A stretch of 60,252 nt of DNA, filler included, from Pirum gemmata (taxonomy: Eukaryota): NCBI GenBank assembly GCA_002812295.1. It is 10 parts of 10 records of this genome, joined end to end, with 100 filler letters (N's around TTAATTAATTAA, not from the genome) between each part and the next. Parts side by side here need not be neighbours in the genome. Positions count along the whole stretch, not along the records: positions 12,117 to 18,068 come from PDIN01000392.1; positions 18,169 to 24,088 come from PDIN01000393.1; positions 24,189 to 30,127 come from PDIN01000394.1; 7 more parts are not named here. The stretch is one strand, 5' to 3'. Below the pieces are notes generated by a model. It was not told where the DNA came from. It saw nothing but the letters and a program-made list of their open reading frames with translations, and did not search any database. The translations under genes and the position numbers were made by a program. Each line of letters starts with the position of its first letter. Position 1 is the first letter of the stretch. Of this stretch, positions 13,663 through 25,261 are shown in pieces.

Positions 13663-16600
13663 CAGGTCCTCGGTAAAATAATTAATATAATGATAATAAT
13701 AAAAAAGGTTTTAATATGGTTTTTATATGTTATTTTACCAATGTTTATGATAATTAATAATACAAAAAAATTAATAATGTCATTTTTGTATTATATTTAT
13801 ATAAAGTATATATATGCATGGAGTTACGAAGTGGTAATAATTAATAATATAATTAATAATTTGCAATACAATAATAAATTAGACTACTGTTATGTGGAAG
13901 TAGGACAGTTTATAATTAAAGCACTAATTGATCAAGGAGCTTCAATTAATATAATATCTAAAGAATTATTTACAAAAATAGAAAAAAATATAAAAGTAAA
14001 AAAATTAAATAAGTTTAAATGTGCGGCTTCGTTTGTTGTAGGACAGGATGTGATAATTGAAATGGTAGAAATATCAATTAAAATAAATAAAAAGGATTAC
14101 AATTTGACTTTTGGTATATGTGAAAATAGTAATAATGAACTTATTTTATCAAATGAATTTAGAAACATGTTTGATAATGATGATATTAAGAATAAAATTA
14201 TGTATAATAATGAAAATAAGATAATATATTTTAACGATTATGATATAGCTGAAGCAGAGTTATTATTGTGTGAAAATGTTTATATTGCAGCTAAAGCATT
14301 AGATATGATTGAAATAAGAATTAAAACATCAAATATGTCCAATAAGTTAAAAACACATGGGGTATTAAATGTTAAAAACGAAATTAGTAATAAATTTAAA
14401 AATCTTAAAATCAAACAACAGATTGTAGATGTCTTATGTGAAGGCAAGAACAATATGATAAAATTAAATGTTTTAATAGATAACACTTTGAATAATAACA
14501 CAGTGGTGTTAAAGAAAGGGTGGTTATTTGGTTCTATATCAGCAATTGACAATATTGTTGATACTACTGAAAATTTAATAAAAAGTGAAGATTTTATTAA
14601 TAATAATCTAGAAATAATTAATAAAATAATGGGTATAAAAAGCTTTTCAAATAAAATAAAAGAAAGAGTAAATAATATTTTTAATATTAAAATAATGAAT
14701 GTTAATGATAAGTTACCTTATAATTTTAAGTTTGCAGATAATTTGGATGAAGTAGAAAAGGTAAAATTAGCAGAGATATTATTTAAATACAAAGATGTAT
14801 TTATAAAGGATGATGATGATAAAGGGGTTATAAAAAATCATAGAGAAAAAATAGAATTAAATGATTATAAACCTATATTTATTAAGCAATACAAATTAAG
14901 TAAACAGCAAGAGTTAGAATTTGAAAAAATAGTTACTAGTATGTTAAAAAAAGGGCAAGTTCGATATAGTGATTCAAACTGGAATACTCCTGTTTTGATT
15001 TTACCAAAAAAGACACCTGGTAAATATCGATTAGTAAATGATTTTAGGCAATTAAATAAAAAAGCAATAAAAAAACAATGGGTAATGGTAAATATTAATG
15101 AAAGTCTGGAAAGATTAGAAGGTTGTAATTACTTTTTAAGTTTAGACCTTAAAGATGGCTACTGGCAAGTAGAACTAGATGAAGAAAGCCAAGGGCTAAC
15201 TACTTTTTCTACTCCAACTAGGAGAGTATGCTATACAACTTTACCACAAGGCTTTGTTAATAGTAGTCATATATTTTGTAGATTAATACAAACGCAATTT
15301 TATGATTTAGATTATGTAATATGTTATTTAGACGATTTATCGTTAGGTGCTAAAACTTTTGATATTCTATTAGAAAGATTAGAAATTATTTTATCAAGGT
15401 TACGTAAAATTGGTGCAAAATTAAGTGGTGAAAAATCAATAATAGGAGTACCTGAAATTAATATTCTTGGTAACATTTGCAGTAATCAAGGTGTAAGATC
15501 AGAAGAAAAAAAGAATTTGGTTATCAAAAACTGGCCAAAGCCTAAAACTGTGACAGAATTGAGGTCATTCTTAGGTACTGTAAAATACTTAAGACGCTGG
15601 ATTAGAAACTGTGCTGGTATTATTAAACCACTCACAGCTTGGACAGGAGGAGAAAAACAAAAAATTATAGTATGGGATAATGAAATGAATGATGCTTTTA
15701 ATCAAATTAAGACAAAAATTATTAGTGAAGCGCTAGCTCACCCACGGTTTGGAAACGAAAAAGAATATTTTATTATTAGAACCGACGCGTCTAAGTTTGC
15801 AGAGGGTGCTCAATTATCACAGATGCAAATGAATGATGAAGGTACGTTGATTGAAAGGACGATAGCATTTGCTTCTAGAATGTTTCAACCTAACGAAGTA
15901 AAATGGTCTATTACTGAAAAAGAATGTCATGCTTTAGTATGGGCTGTAACTAAGGAATTTCATAGATATGTATATGGTGTTTCTTATTTTAAATTAATAA
16001 CAGATCATAAACCAAACACAGCTATAGTTTATAAAAAAATGGCTAACGAACGAACATCTAGATGGAGTCTGAATTTGCAAAGTTATAATTTTGAATTGTT
16101 ATATCAAAGTGGTGACAAAATTGGCCCAGCTGATGCTCTTTCTAGAATGGTGTATGATAAACAAAATATTAATATGATTAATATAAATGACTTATATAAA
16201 AATAATAATTATATAAATAATATAAATTTATTAAAAGAGATAAATGATAATAAAATTATTAGTAGTGAGATGTACAAAAATGTGAATTTAATAAATAGTA
16301 TATCATATTCTGGGTATCAAGGTCCTGCTATTGCTATGATGCAAGAAAAGGATACTTTAGTAAATAATATTAAATTAATTTTAAATATAAAAAGTAACAA
16401 AAATGTAGAAGCTGATAACAGTGTAGATTTACAATTAATTAAAAAAGAACTACAAACGTTAAGAAATGAGCAAAAGTGGTCTAAAAAAGAATTAAAAAAA
16501 TATGAAAAATTGGCAAATAAGTGTAATATAAATAAAGAAGGGATAGTTATGAAAAATAGTTCTTATATTGATGATAGGTTATTTGTTCCTACAGGTTTGA

Positions 16601-18024
16601 GAAATGAAATTCTCAAAGGGTCACATGACTCCCCTGATAGTGGTCACATGGGTGTTATGTCTACTTATTATCGTATATATAAAAAATATTATTGGTTTAA
16701 TATGTATGTAGATGTGAAAGATTACGTTTTATCTTGTGATAAATGTCAAGCTAGAAATAGTGATAATAAAAGAAAACAACGACTTTTAAAATTGGATTTT
16801 GAATACTCCCCTAGACCATATGATACATGTGTTATTGATGTATATGGACCTTTAAAAAATACTAATAATAATAATAAATATATTATATCGTATTTAGATC
16901 CATTTTCAAGGTATGTGGAAAGTGTAGCGACTAGTGATATGTCGTCAAAAACAGTTGCTGAAGGATTTATCAATAAAGTATTGTTACGGTATGGTCCGGT
17001 TAGATTTTTGGCTACTGATAGGGCTAAGAATTTTTTATCTGATATGATTAGGGAGGTTTGTATCATGTTTGACGTTCAACAACTTGATACTGCTGGTTAT
17101 CATCCTGAGCAAGTAGGTAGGCTAGAGAGAATACATCAAACATATAGTAATATGTTTTCAAAGTATATTAATGACGAGCATAATGACTGGGATACTTTTT
17201 TACCTTTTATTACTTATGCTTATAATACTAATGTAAATAGTCATACTACTTTTAGTCCTTTTGAAGTAATCTATAATCGGCCTGCAACTCAATTTATAGA
17301 TGCTACTTGTTTCAAATCAAATCATTATGATAATGATATAAGAAAGTGGAATAATTTATTAAAAAAAAGATTAGTAAAGATGCAACATCTAATAGTGGAG
17401 AAAAGAAATGATAATATGGAGTCCTATTTAACTAAAGAAAAAATAGAACAAGAATTTAGAATTTTTAAAATTGGAGATTCTGTTATGGTTGAAAATAAAG
17501 TTTATGATACGGGAGATGACTCTTCTAAAAAGTTTCAAAAAAGATGGGACGGTCCTATGGTAGTTCATAAAAGACTAGGTGAATTTACTTATGAATTATT
17601 TAATCCTAAAACAAATAATTATATGGTACGAAATATTGACAGTATTAAGGAATATCATGATAGAATATACAAAGCTAACTTACATGTTGATTCTAGTGTA
17701 TTACCATTTCAAGGGGATACACATGATTATGATATTATTGATGCTAATGAAGTTGAAGTTATAAAAATAATTGATCATAAGAAAGTTGAAGTAGGTAAAG
17801 ATGTTCCCATGGATGAGTTTCGTGTGGAAACTACTACTGGTTTACGACTTTGGTTTAGGCGAAAAGATTTGCGTTGTACTGACTTATTAGCTGAATATGA
17901 GGCTTGTTTACGCCATAAACAAAGTAATATTGAACGTCGTACAAAACGTAGTAAACGAAAGGCTTCTGAAGTTATCACAAATATTGATTTAATTAATGTT
18001 GTATACAAAAAATATCGTTTTTAA
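13663..18024 (+). CDS. pol: Pol polyprotein (protease, RT, RNase H, integrase, chromodomain-like tail); frame open from 13663, first ATG 13690
   Basis: ALIDQGAS (PR); LDLKDGYWQV, LPQG and YLDD (RT); TDAS/EKEC/TDHKP (RH); HDSPDSGHMG..CDKCQ, IDVYGP/TDRAKNF/GRLER and WDGP (IN); VIKIIDHK...LLAEYE tail. Confidence 0.97.
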   Translation, partial: QVLGKIINIMIIIKKVLIWFLYVILPMFMIINNTKKLIMSFLYYIYIKYIYAWSYEVVIINNIINNLQYNNKLDYCYVEVGQFIIKALIDQGASINIISKELFTKIEKNIKVKKLNKFKCAASFVVGQDVIIEMVEISIKINKKDYNLTFGICENSNNELILSNEFRNMFDNDDIKNKIMYNNENKIIYFNDYDIAEAELLLCENVYIAAKALDMIEIRIKTSNMSNKLKTHGVLNVKNEISNKFKNLKIKQQIVDVLCEGKNNMIKLNVLIDNTLNNNTVVLKKGWLFGSISAIDNIVDTTENLIKSEDFINNNLEIINKIMGIKSFSNKIKERVNNIFNIKIMNVNDKLPYNFKFADNLDEVEKVKLAEILFKYKDVFIKDDDDKGVIKNHREKIELNDYKPIFIKQYKLSKQQELEFEKIVTSMLKKGQVRYSDSNWNTPVLILPKKTPGKYRLVNDFRQLNKKAIKKQWVMVNINESLERLEGCNYFLSLDLKDGYWQVELDEESQGLTTFSTPTRRVCYTTLPQGFVNSSHIFCRLIQTQFYDLDYVICYLDDLSLGAKTFDILLERLEIILSRLRKIGAKLSGEKSIIGVPEINILGNICSNQGVRSEEKKNLVIKNWPKPKTVTELRSFLGTVKYLRRWIRNCAGIIKPLTAWTGGEKQKIIVWDNEMNDAFNQIKTKIISEALAHPRFGNEKEYFIIRTDASKFAEGAQLSQMQMNDEGTLIERTIAFASRMFQPNEVKWSITEKECHALVWAVTKEFHRYVYGVSYFKLITDHKPNTAIVYKKMANERTSRWSLNLQSYNFELLYQSGDKIGPADALSRMVYDKQNINMININDLYKNNNYINNINLLKEINDNKIISSEMYKNVNLINSISYSGYQGPAIAMMQEKDTLVNNIKLILNIKSNKNVEADNSVDLQLIKKELQTLRNEQKWSKKELKKYEKLANKCNINKEGIVMKNSSYIDDRLFVPTGLRNEILKGSHDSPDSGHMGVMSTYYRIYKKYYWFNMYVDVKDYVLSCDKCQARNSDNKRKQRLLKLDFEYSPRPYDTCVIDVYGPLKNTNNNNKYIISYLDPFSRYVESVATSDMSSKTVAEGFINKVLLRYGPVRFLATDRAKNFLSDMIREVCIMFDVQQLDTAGYHPEQVGRLERIHQTYSNMFSKYINDEHNDWDTFLPFITYAYNTNVNSHTTFSPFEVIYNRPATQFIDATCFKSNHYDNDIRKWNNLLKKRLVKMQHLIVEKRNDNMESYLTKEKIEQEFRIFKIGDSVMVENKVYDTGDDSSKKFQKRWDGPMVVHKRLGEFTYELFNPKTNNYMVRNIDSIKEYHDRIYKANLHVDSSVLPFQGDTHDYDIIDANEVEVIKIIDHKKVEVGKDVPMDEFRVETTTGLRLWFRRKDLRCTDLLAEYEACLRHKQSNIERRTKRSKRKASEVITNIDLINVVYKKYRF

Positions 18025-18354
18025 AAAAAAAAAAAAAAATTAATAAAAAAAAACTAAAACATTAGTAGNNNNNNNNNNNNNNNNNNNNNNNNNNNNNNNN
18101 NNNNNNNNNNNNTTAATTAATTAANNNNNNNNNNNNNNNNNNNNNNNNNNNNNNNNNNNNNNNNNNNNATAATAATAATAATAGTAATAATAACAATTAT
18201 AATAACAATAACAATAATAATAAGATTATTAATATTAATATTAATAATAGTAATAATAACAATTATAATAACAATAACAATAACAATAATTGGTAGTGAA
18301 GAATTTGCTATTAATATGATTATGATAGTGACAGCATTGTTAATATTTGTCCAC

Positions 18355-18971
18355 CTTGTGCTTCTATCAGCTGTGTCAAATTCATATCTGCTTCCGGTTC
18401 AGCTTGAAATCCTTGTTTCAGTTGCTAATTACGAGGTGGAAAAGTTGATTTAAAACGAAAAAGATAAAGAATATTCACAATAGTTAGGATTAAGGTTAAG
18501 GTTAAGGTTAAGGTTAAGGTTAAGGTTAAGGTTAAGGTTAAGGTTAAGGTTAAGGTTAAGGTTAAGGTTAAGGTTAAGGTTAGGAATAGGGTTAGAGCCA
18601 TTAAAACAGAAGTGTAAACTAGTTTTAAGGTTAAAGATAATAATAATATCAGTAACAGCCCAATTTATAAACTGTATATGTTACATTCATATAAATCACA
18701 TCTAAAACTGTAACCATAACTAATAAATAAACGAAAGAATAATAAAAGGTTAAAGAAAAGAAAAGAAAAGAAAAGAAAAGAAAAAACAAACAAAGAGCAG
18801 GACGAAATGTTTCAAACGGGCTTGAAGTATTTTAGCTTAACCCTAACCCTAACCCTAACGCTGGCACTAATTAGCCACATTTTTTTACCTGCTTACTTTG
18901 CATTTGTTCTTCGTGAAAGACATTTAGAGTGTGTTCATTCTCTATAGAAAGCAAGGTGGCAATTAGCTCTT
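18355..18971 (-). CDS. Two probable internal exons of an unidentified gene (18971-18889, 18424-18355)
   Basis: AG/GT-bounded, phase-0 join giving ELIATLLSIENEHTLNVFHEEQMQSKQ-QLKQGFQAEPEADMNLTQLIEAQ, separated by a repeat-rich intron. No family recognised. Confidence 0.35.
18490..18582 (+). repeat. (TTAAGG)n telomere-variant hexamer array
   Basis: About 15 tandem units. Confidence 0.9.
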
Positions 18972-19348
18972 CTTGAGAGGACAATGAAAAAGAAGCGAAC
19001 GAATCACAAACGGTGATCAATGAACACATAAAGTGTATATAAGAAAGCAAATTCATTTTGTTAATCTCTTTGTTTTAAAAAAATAATTAATAACGTGACA
19101 AGCTTCTATTTTTAATAATTAATATTACTATTCTTAATGTTTACTATTGATATTAATATCACTAAACTATTATTATTACGTTAGTATGATAAATAATATT
19201 ACGAATTCTGTTGCAATTACTATTATTTTATAAATATATTTATATATATACCAGTAATATATATGTTTATATTTATGTCATATATATATAATATTATATA
19301 GACTATCATATATCCAAAAAAATGTATCATATACATTATACATAGAAT

Positions 19349-19377
19349 CAAGGACTTCAAAAATCATGAAGTCCTTG
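19349..19377. mobile_element. Mini TIR-only element CAAGGACTTCA-spacer-TGAAGTCCTTG (29 bp)
   Basis: Same 11-bp arms as 44923-44961 and 48810-48839. No TSD at this copy. Confidence 0.6.
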
Positions 19378-19492
19378 GGAAACGTTGGTGGGAAACGCTC
19401 GGGAAAGGTGGGAAACGTTCTCAGGGGAAACGTTGGCGGGAAACGTTGGTGGGAAACGTTGGCGGGAAACGTTGGTGGGAAACGTTGGTGGG
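19378..19492 (+). repeat. 13-bp G-rich minisatellite (GGGAAACGTTGGY)n
   Basis: About 9 units, some truncated, directly abutting the mini TIR element. Confidence 0.85.
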
Positions 19493-22400
19493 ATTTATAT
19501 CATTTTGGTAGCAGATTCTTATATCGATATAGATATTTCACCTAAATTTGAAAGATAAGGGGGTGATTAATGACGTCACGTTTTTGTTTTGAAATGAAAT
19601 TCCCTTGTGAGTTAGTCTACCCCTTGAGAAGTTGAGAGTCCCTTGAGCCCCTTGTCTCAGTTGTCTGAGCCCCTTGTATCCATTGGGATACCCGGGATCA
19701 ATGGATCATACCCCTTGTCGCTACGGTAAGTAGACCCTCTAGTAGCTAGTAGCTCTAGGTTACTGACAACTTACTGTAGCTAGCTAGCTAGTGTAGCTAC
19801 TACTGTAGGGTCTCCAGGGTGAAATTCTTTTATCATATTAGAGAAAACCAACAAAACAGCAACAGTGCCAAACTCAGGGAGCCATCAAACTAAAAGGCTG
19901 CGTAACATTGAAGTGACGGGCAAACTTGCAAAACTAGATTAACCTGGCTCTTCTACATAAAAAAACTATCGATATTTTTAAAAAAGTATAAATCCCAACA
20001 TAGAAGACAACTCCTAAATATAAAAAAAAAGCTAAACAAGGGCTGCAAGCTACTACTAGCTAGGGGTAGGAATAAGAAGGTTGATACTTGATAGAGTCTT
20101 GATAGTCAATATTAACATTTTTATAACTAACGTTTTATTGCAGCAATAACAACTCAAAATTGAAGACTTTTTTTTTAAAAATTTTTTTAATAATAGTTAG
20201 TCTAATAGTTCATGATCAGAAAATTAAAAAACAAATTTTTATTGGGAAAATTAAAAATTTGATTCTAACATTGGTGTCATTGACTAAATAACTTTCCAAT
20301 TTGGGAAAAGTTTGACAAAAGAAATTATGGAAAAGTTATATATACACAGGCCTATACATAGACCTATATATGAATACTATATGAATCCATTCTCAGAAAC
20401 CGTGAAACTATAGTTTAGAATTTTTACCCGGTAGTCCGTAGACTTTCTTATTATCTCTATTGAGAGGATGATAGTTGCAAATTAATTGCTATAGTCTAAT
20501 TATAAGTATAAAATTTTTAGTCCGGACCGTAAACTTTCTTTAAACGATCATATTATCTCTATTGCTGTTGTAGATATGAAGGGGATGATAGTTGCAAATT
20601 AATCATGACCATGTATACCGCGCGCGGACGTACTATATAGTTGTCTTTTAATAATCATCTTCATACTAACAATGGAGATACGGGCATTTAATAAAGAAAG
20701 TCCTTGACTTTATTTAATTAAACACTCGTATTATCTCTATTGGCGTTGGTATGATGATGATTATTATTATTAAAATTTTAAGTATAAATTTAAAAATTAA
20801 GTCATGCACTATATTATAGTTGTCTTAATAATAATCATCTTCATAGAACAATAGCAATGGGCATAATATTAATATTAGTATGAGCGTTTATTAAAAAGAA
20901 GTCTAGAGACCCGGACCGGCCAAAGGTTCATATATACGGACCGGAGACCAATATTAATATAATATCATATATTATATATAAATATGTATATAAATTATCA
21001 TCATAATATATATAGAATGTAAATAATACAATCAACGTCTATATATAAATATATATTATATTAATATTAAGTTAAGCTTAAAGTAATTGATAAACATGAT
21101 TTGTTTTTTCGATTTTGCTGAAAGAAAATCCCTTATAATTTACAAAATTTAATATATAAATAATTATAAATATGAAGTTATAAATCAGATAATATAATAT
21201 AATGACTAAGTACTAGTATGTCTACTTTTTTTTTTTTGTAACTATTATTATTTATTATAATTTAATTTATATTATATGCTAATATATTATATTATGCGAA
21301 AAATTAATTAAAGGGTGACTTTACGAAAACATTCATTGTATCCTGATAGTCCATTAGATAGGCTTACTTCCTTCCTGCGGCTGGGAAAATATTTTTAACA
21401 AACTAAAGGGTGATTCCTGATAATATAGCTGATAATATGTACATAATTTTTTAAAATAGTATAAATATTTTATTAATATATAGTTTTGACCGTTTTGTAT
21501 GGATAATAATGTGCATTGTAGTCTGTACATTGTCTGTATTAATACTCTGTAGGTATCATAGTATCGATATTTTTATAATAATATTAATTATCAAATCGAT
21601 GTATGATATTATTTATTATAAATATTTCTATTGATAAGTTTTTTTAAAAATTAAAAATTATGATAACTACAGTATAACTAGCTAGCATTTAGCTCATTCT
21701 TATCATATGATAGTTACTGTTAGCTAGCTAGCTAGCTATGGTACTGCTCACTATGATATAGCTTATGGTATGCCTAATATGATATCATAGCTATGACCTA
21801 TGTGTGGTGGTACTGGTGTAATTAATACTTGTAATTAATACATGTCAATGATACTGTGGTATGCATCATAGTTTTCTTGGTATTTTGTATTTCATTTCAA
21901 TTTATGATTATTTCTTTATTTTTTTCTTTTTTTAGAAATAGTTTATTAAATATATATATATAGCAAGGATTATGAGTAGATTACTGGAGTAGATAATATC
22001 TGGAAATTATGGAATCTAGCTTGGAGCCTTGGAGTCATAGTCTAGTCTATGATAGGCCTATACGGTCTACATGGTTACTACTCAGTCTACTCTATAGTCT
22101 AATTTTTTTTATTTTTTTTTTATACTTGCTCTAGCCTCTAGCTAGAAGGCGAGAGCAAAGTGATATGATACAAATAATTATTATTGTTAATGACATGCAC
22201 AGCTGGAAAATACTACTAAATTTAAAAGTTGTGCACCCATAAAGATTTATATTACTACTTTACGAACCATATTTGAAAAGTAGTACTATTTTAATTACTA
22301 GATTTTTAAAATTGAGAGAGTACCAGTATTAAAAGACAATTAAAAGACTGTATTAAGAGACTAAATAAGGTATTTGGCAAATAGCTCCTTTTAGATAAAA

Positions 22401-24378
22401 CACGTGAATAAAGGTTATACTAGCCAGTGTTACACTAAAGAACAGTATAGAACATAGAACTATGGAAGCTCTATAGCTCTATAGATCACGTTAGTCTCAA
22501 TGACTGTCTCATTATCATAGAATGAGTATCGATATGATATGCATATGAGGATCATCTGAGTGAGTATGAATGTCTCTCTAGCTAGAGTAGTAGCTTAGTG
22601 TAGCTATGCCACATAAAGTCAGGCTATCGATATTCTCGATATTCTATATGTATATAGATATTATGATAGAAAATTGATAAAATAATATGATATCATCTGA
22701 ATAATATGATATAATATTATGTACCAGTAATTGAAAATTACACATCCGATTGCACCAGCTGGATTGCACTGTTTGCACATTACAAAAAAATCAACAAAAA
22801 TTATTCTAAAAAATCAACGCTAGCTAGTAGACATGTAAGCTGTAACTTAGGCTGTAAGCAAAAAGTGCCTATGATATGACACCGGCATATCATAATATAT
22901 ATGATATATCAGATGTAGGCTATTGATAGCTCTACCAGTGCTCAGACTGTGCTCTACCCCTACTTAGACTACTCTAGCTAGCTAGCTAGAGGTCTAAAGT
23001 AATATAAATGTTAATTATGATTATGATTATCTGGCTATTACCAGCTCTCTAACCTGGACTATGGTTGATAGCATCTAAGTAAATATCCAATAATAAATGG
23101 AAATTAAAAAATAATAATTAAAAATAATTACCATTCATGGACCAGGAAAAAAAAAGTGTTTTTTCTGTTACGATCAATAAAGCTATAGTTACAATGTCAT
23201 AGTATACGTATCGATAATATGTCTAAAAAGTGTCTAAAATAACTCTAATATATATATCTAAAATATGGCTAAATATTGCAATAGCTGTGTAATACTAAAT
23301 AGCTGTGTAATACAAAATATGGGTACAAGTATTATCACAAAATTAATTAATGGTAATAATAATAATAAAATATTATTGTATTTATATATTGTTAGCCCAC
23401 GAAATTTAATAGCCAATATGTTATAATAATAAAATATTTTTATAATAAAAGGGTAAAAGTAGGGTTAGGGCTAGAAGGTTAGGGTTAGGGTTAGGGTTAG
23501 GGCTGGGGTTAGGGTTAGGGTTAAGGGTTAGTGTTAGGGTTAAGGGTTGGCTATGGGGTATGAACTATAACTCATTCATAAGGGTAGCTATAGGTTCTTA
23601 CTTATAAACACCATTATTAATATAAATTATAAATTCCCATAAATGAGTAAATGAGGGTTATTTTGGAATACAAAGTTTGCCTAATTTAATTGTAAAGATG
23701 TACAAGAATGGTATACGTATAATATTAAATTTTAATCAATCAATTAAATACCATTTTCAATTTCGTTCCTGTACCTATACAATTTAATGTACAGTTAGTG
23801 TACAGTTAGTATTAGATATATATATTTTTTTATACTTTTTTAAATTTTTATTTATATACTTTTGGATTAGGTCTAATCTCGTTATTTACAATATCATTTA
23901 TATAAAAGCATAATAATATATAAAAAAATATAAAAAAAGAAAAAAAATATTTTATTTTTTATTTTCTTTCTTTTTTTTTTTTTTATAGCACGATACATTT
24001 CGTGGTGTTTGGATTTTCAAAAAACAAGTCTATAAAATATATCCGCTGGAACTTCTTTAACCCTATATGTTATTTAGTACAAAAGAAANNNNNNNNNNNN
24101 NNNNNNNNNNNNNNNNNNNNNNNNNNNNNNNNTTAATTAATTAANNNNNNNNNNNNNNNNNNNNNNNNNNNNNNNNNNNNNNNNNNNNAATAATAATATA
24201 TAATATAATTTTATGGTACCTTTGGGTCTTATGGGTCTTTGTCCCATTATTAATAATAATAATAACATATAATAATAATAATACTTAATAATAATAATAA
24301 TAATAATAATAATATTCCCATTAACTGAACAGATTATCCCCAACCGATAACACCATAATTAACTGAAACTAAAGAGTC

Positions 24379-24422
<44 letters not shown>

Positions 24423-25261
24423 TTATAATTGGGCCAATTTTTTTCTTTGGATGGAGACAACCGCCCAGACGTGTATTACAATATACTTATCAACTCTTAT
24501 CATATGCTCAAATTTCAAAATCTTTGCCCTTTATGTTTTTGAAAAAATAAATCAGACTATGAAAAAATAACGGAAAAAGACAAAAAGGGTTGTTGATATC
24601 AGAAATTATTGGCAATATTAAAATTCTATCATAGTTGATATCAGAAATTATTGGCAATAAATTCTACAATGAAAAAGAGGTTACCTGGTACTTTATATCT
24701 TGTGAAATTTATATACCATTTATGTAATAATTTAGTTCAATTTTATTACATTAATTAAAAACATGTTCGAAAATTTCTGTTATTTAATTTAAGAATAGCC
24801 CTTTTTGTAAAATTTGTTGATTCAGTATTAATTTTCGCACATCGATAGTTTGATAAAACAAAAACGGTGATTTACTTAAAAAGCTTGCTTACAATGTTTT
24901 TTTCGGTTATTAGAGATCCAATTTATAATATTCCTCATACTTGTCCTCCCCGTGTTCAATGTACTCTAGCCAATTACAACAAAAATGTTACTGACGCTTA
25001 CGATACTTTTCAAATGTTCTAATCGTGATAGTAATAAATTATGTAGTAGGGCAAAAATTTTAATGCCGGTAGTATTATAAAAGATGTATATGGTGACTTT
25101 AAATGTACTTGTTACCCCGAATCAACAATATATTATCACACTAATACTGATATTTATTTTATTTTTTTGAATAATATTTTAAAATTTGCTGTATATAATA
25201 GTTTATAATAATGATATAAAATACAAAACAATTGCATTATACAAAATTTAATATATAATAT

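Larger units (their letters stand above)
12117..18068 (+). mobile_element. Internal region of a Ty3/gypsy LTR retrotransposon (LTRs not in the contig)
   Basis: Domain order gag-PR-RT-RH-IN-chromo-like; the ORFs are uninterrupted and fill the whole contig. Confidence 0.95.

Noticed and set aside
14280..18008. Antisense and alternate-frame ORFs within pol (likewise within gag and the NHL gene)
   Set aside because: Shadow ORFs of real coding regions.
19378..19492. CRISPR-like array
   Set aside because: Units are 13 bp with no unique spacers, there are no cas genes, and the context is eukaryotic.
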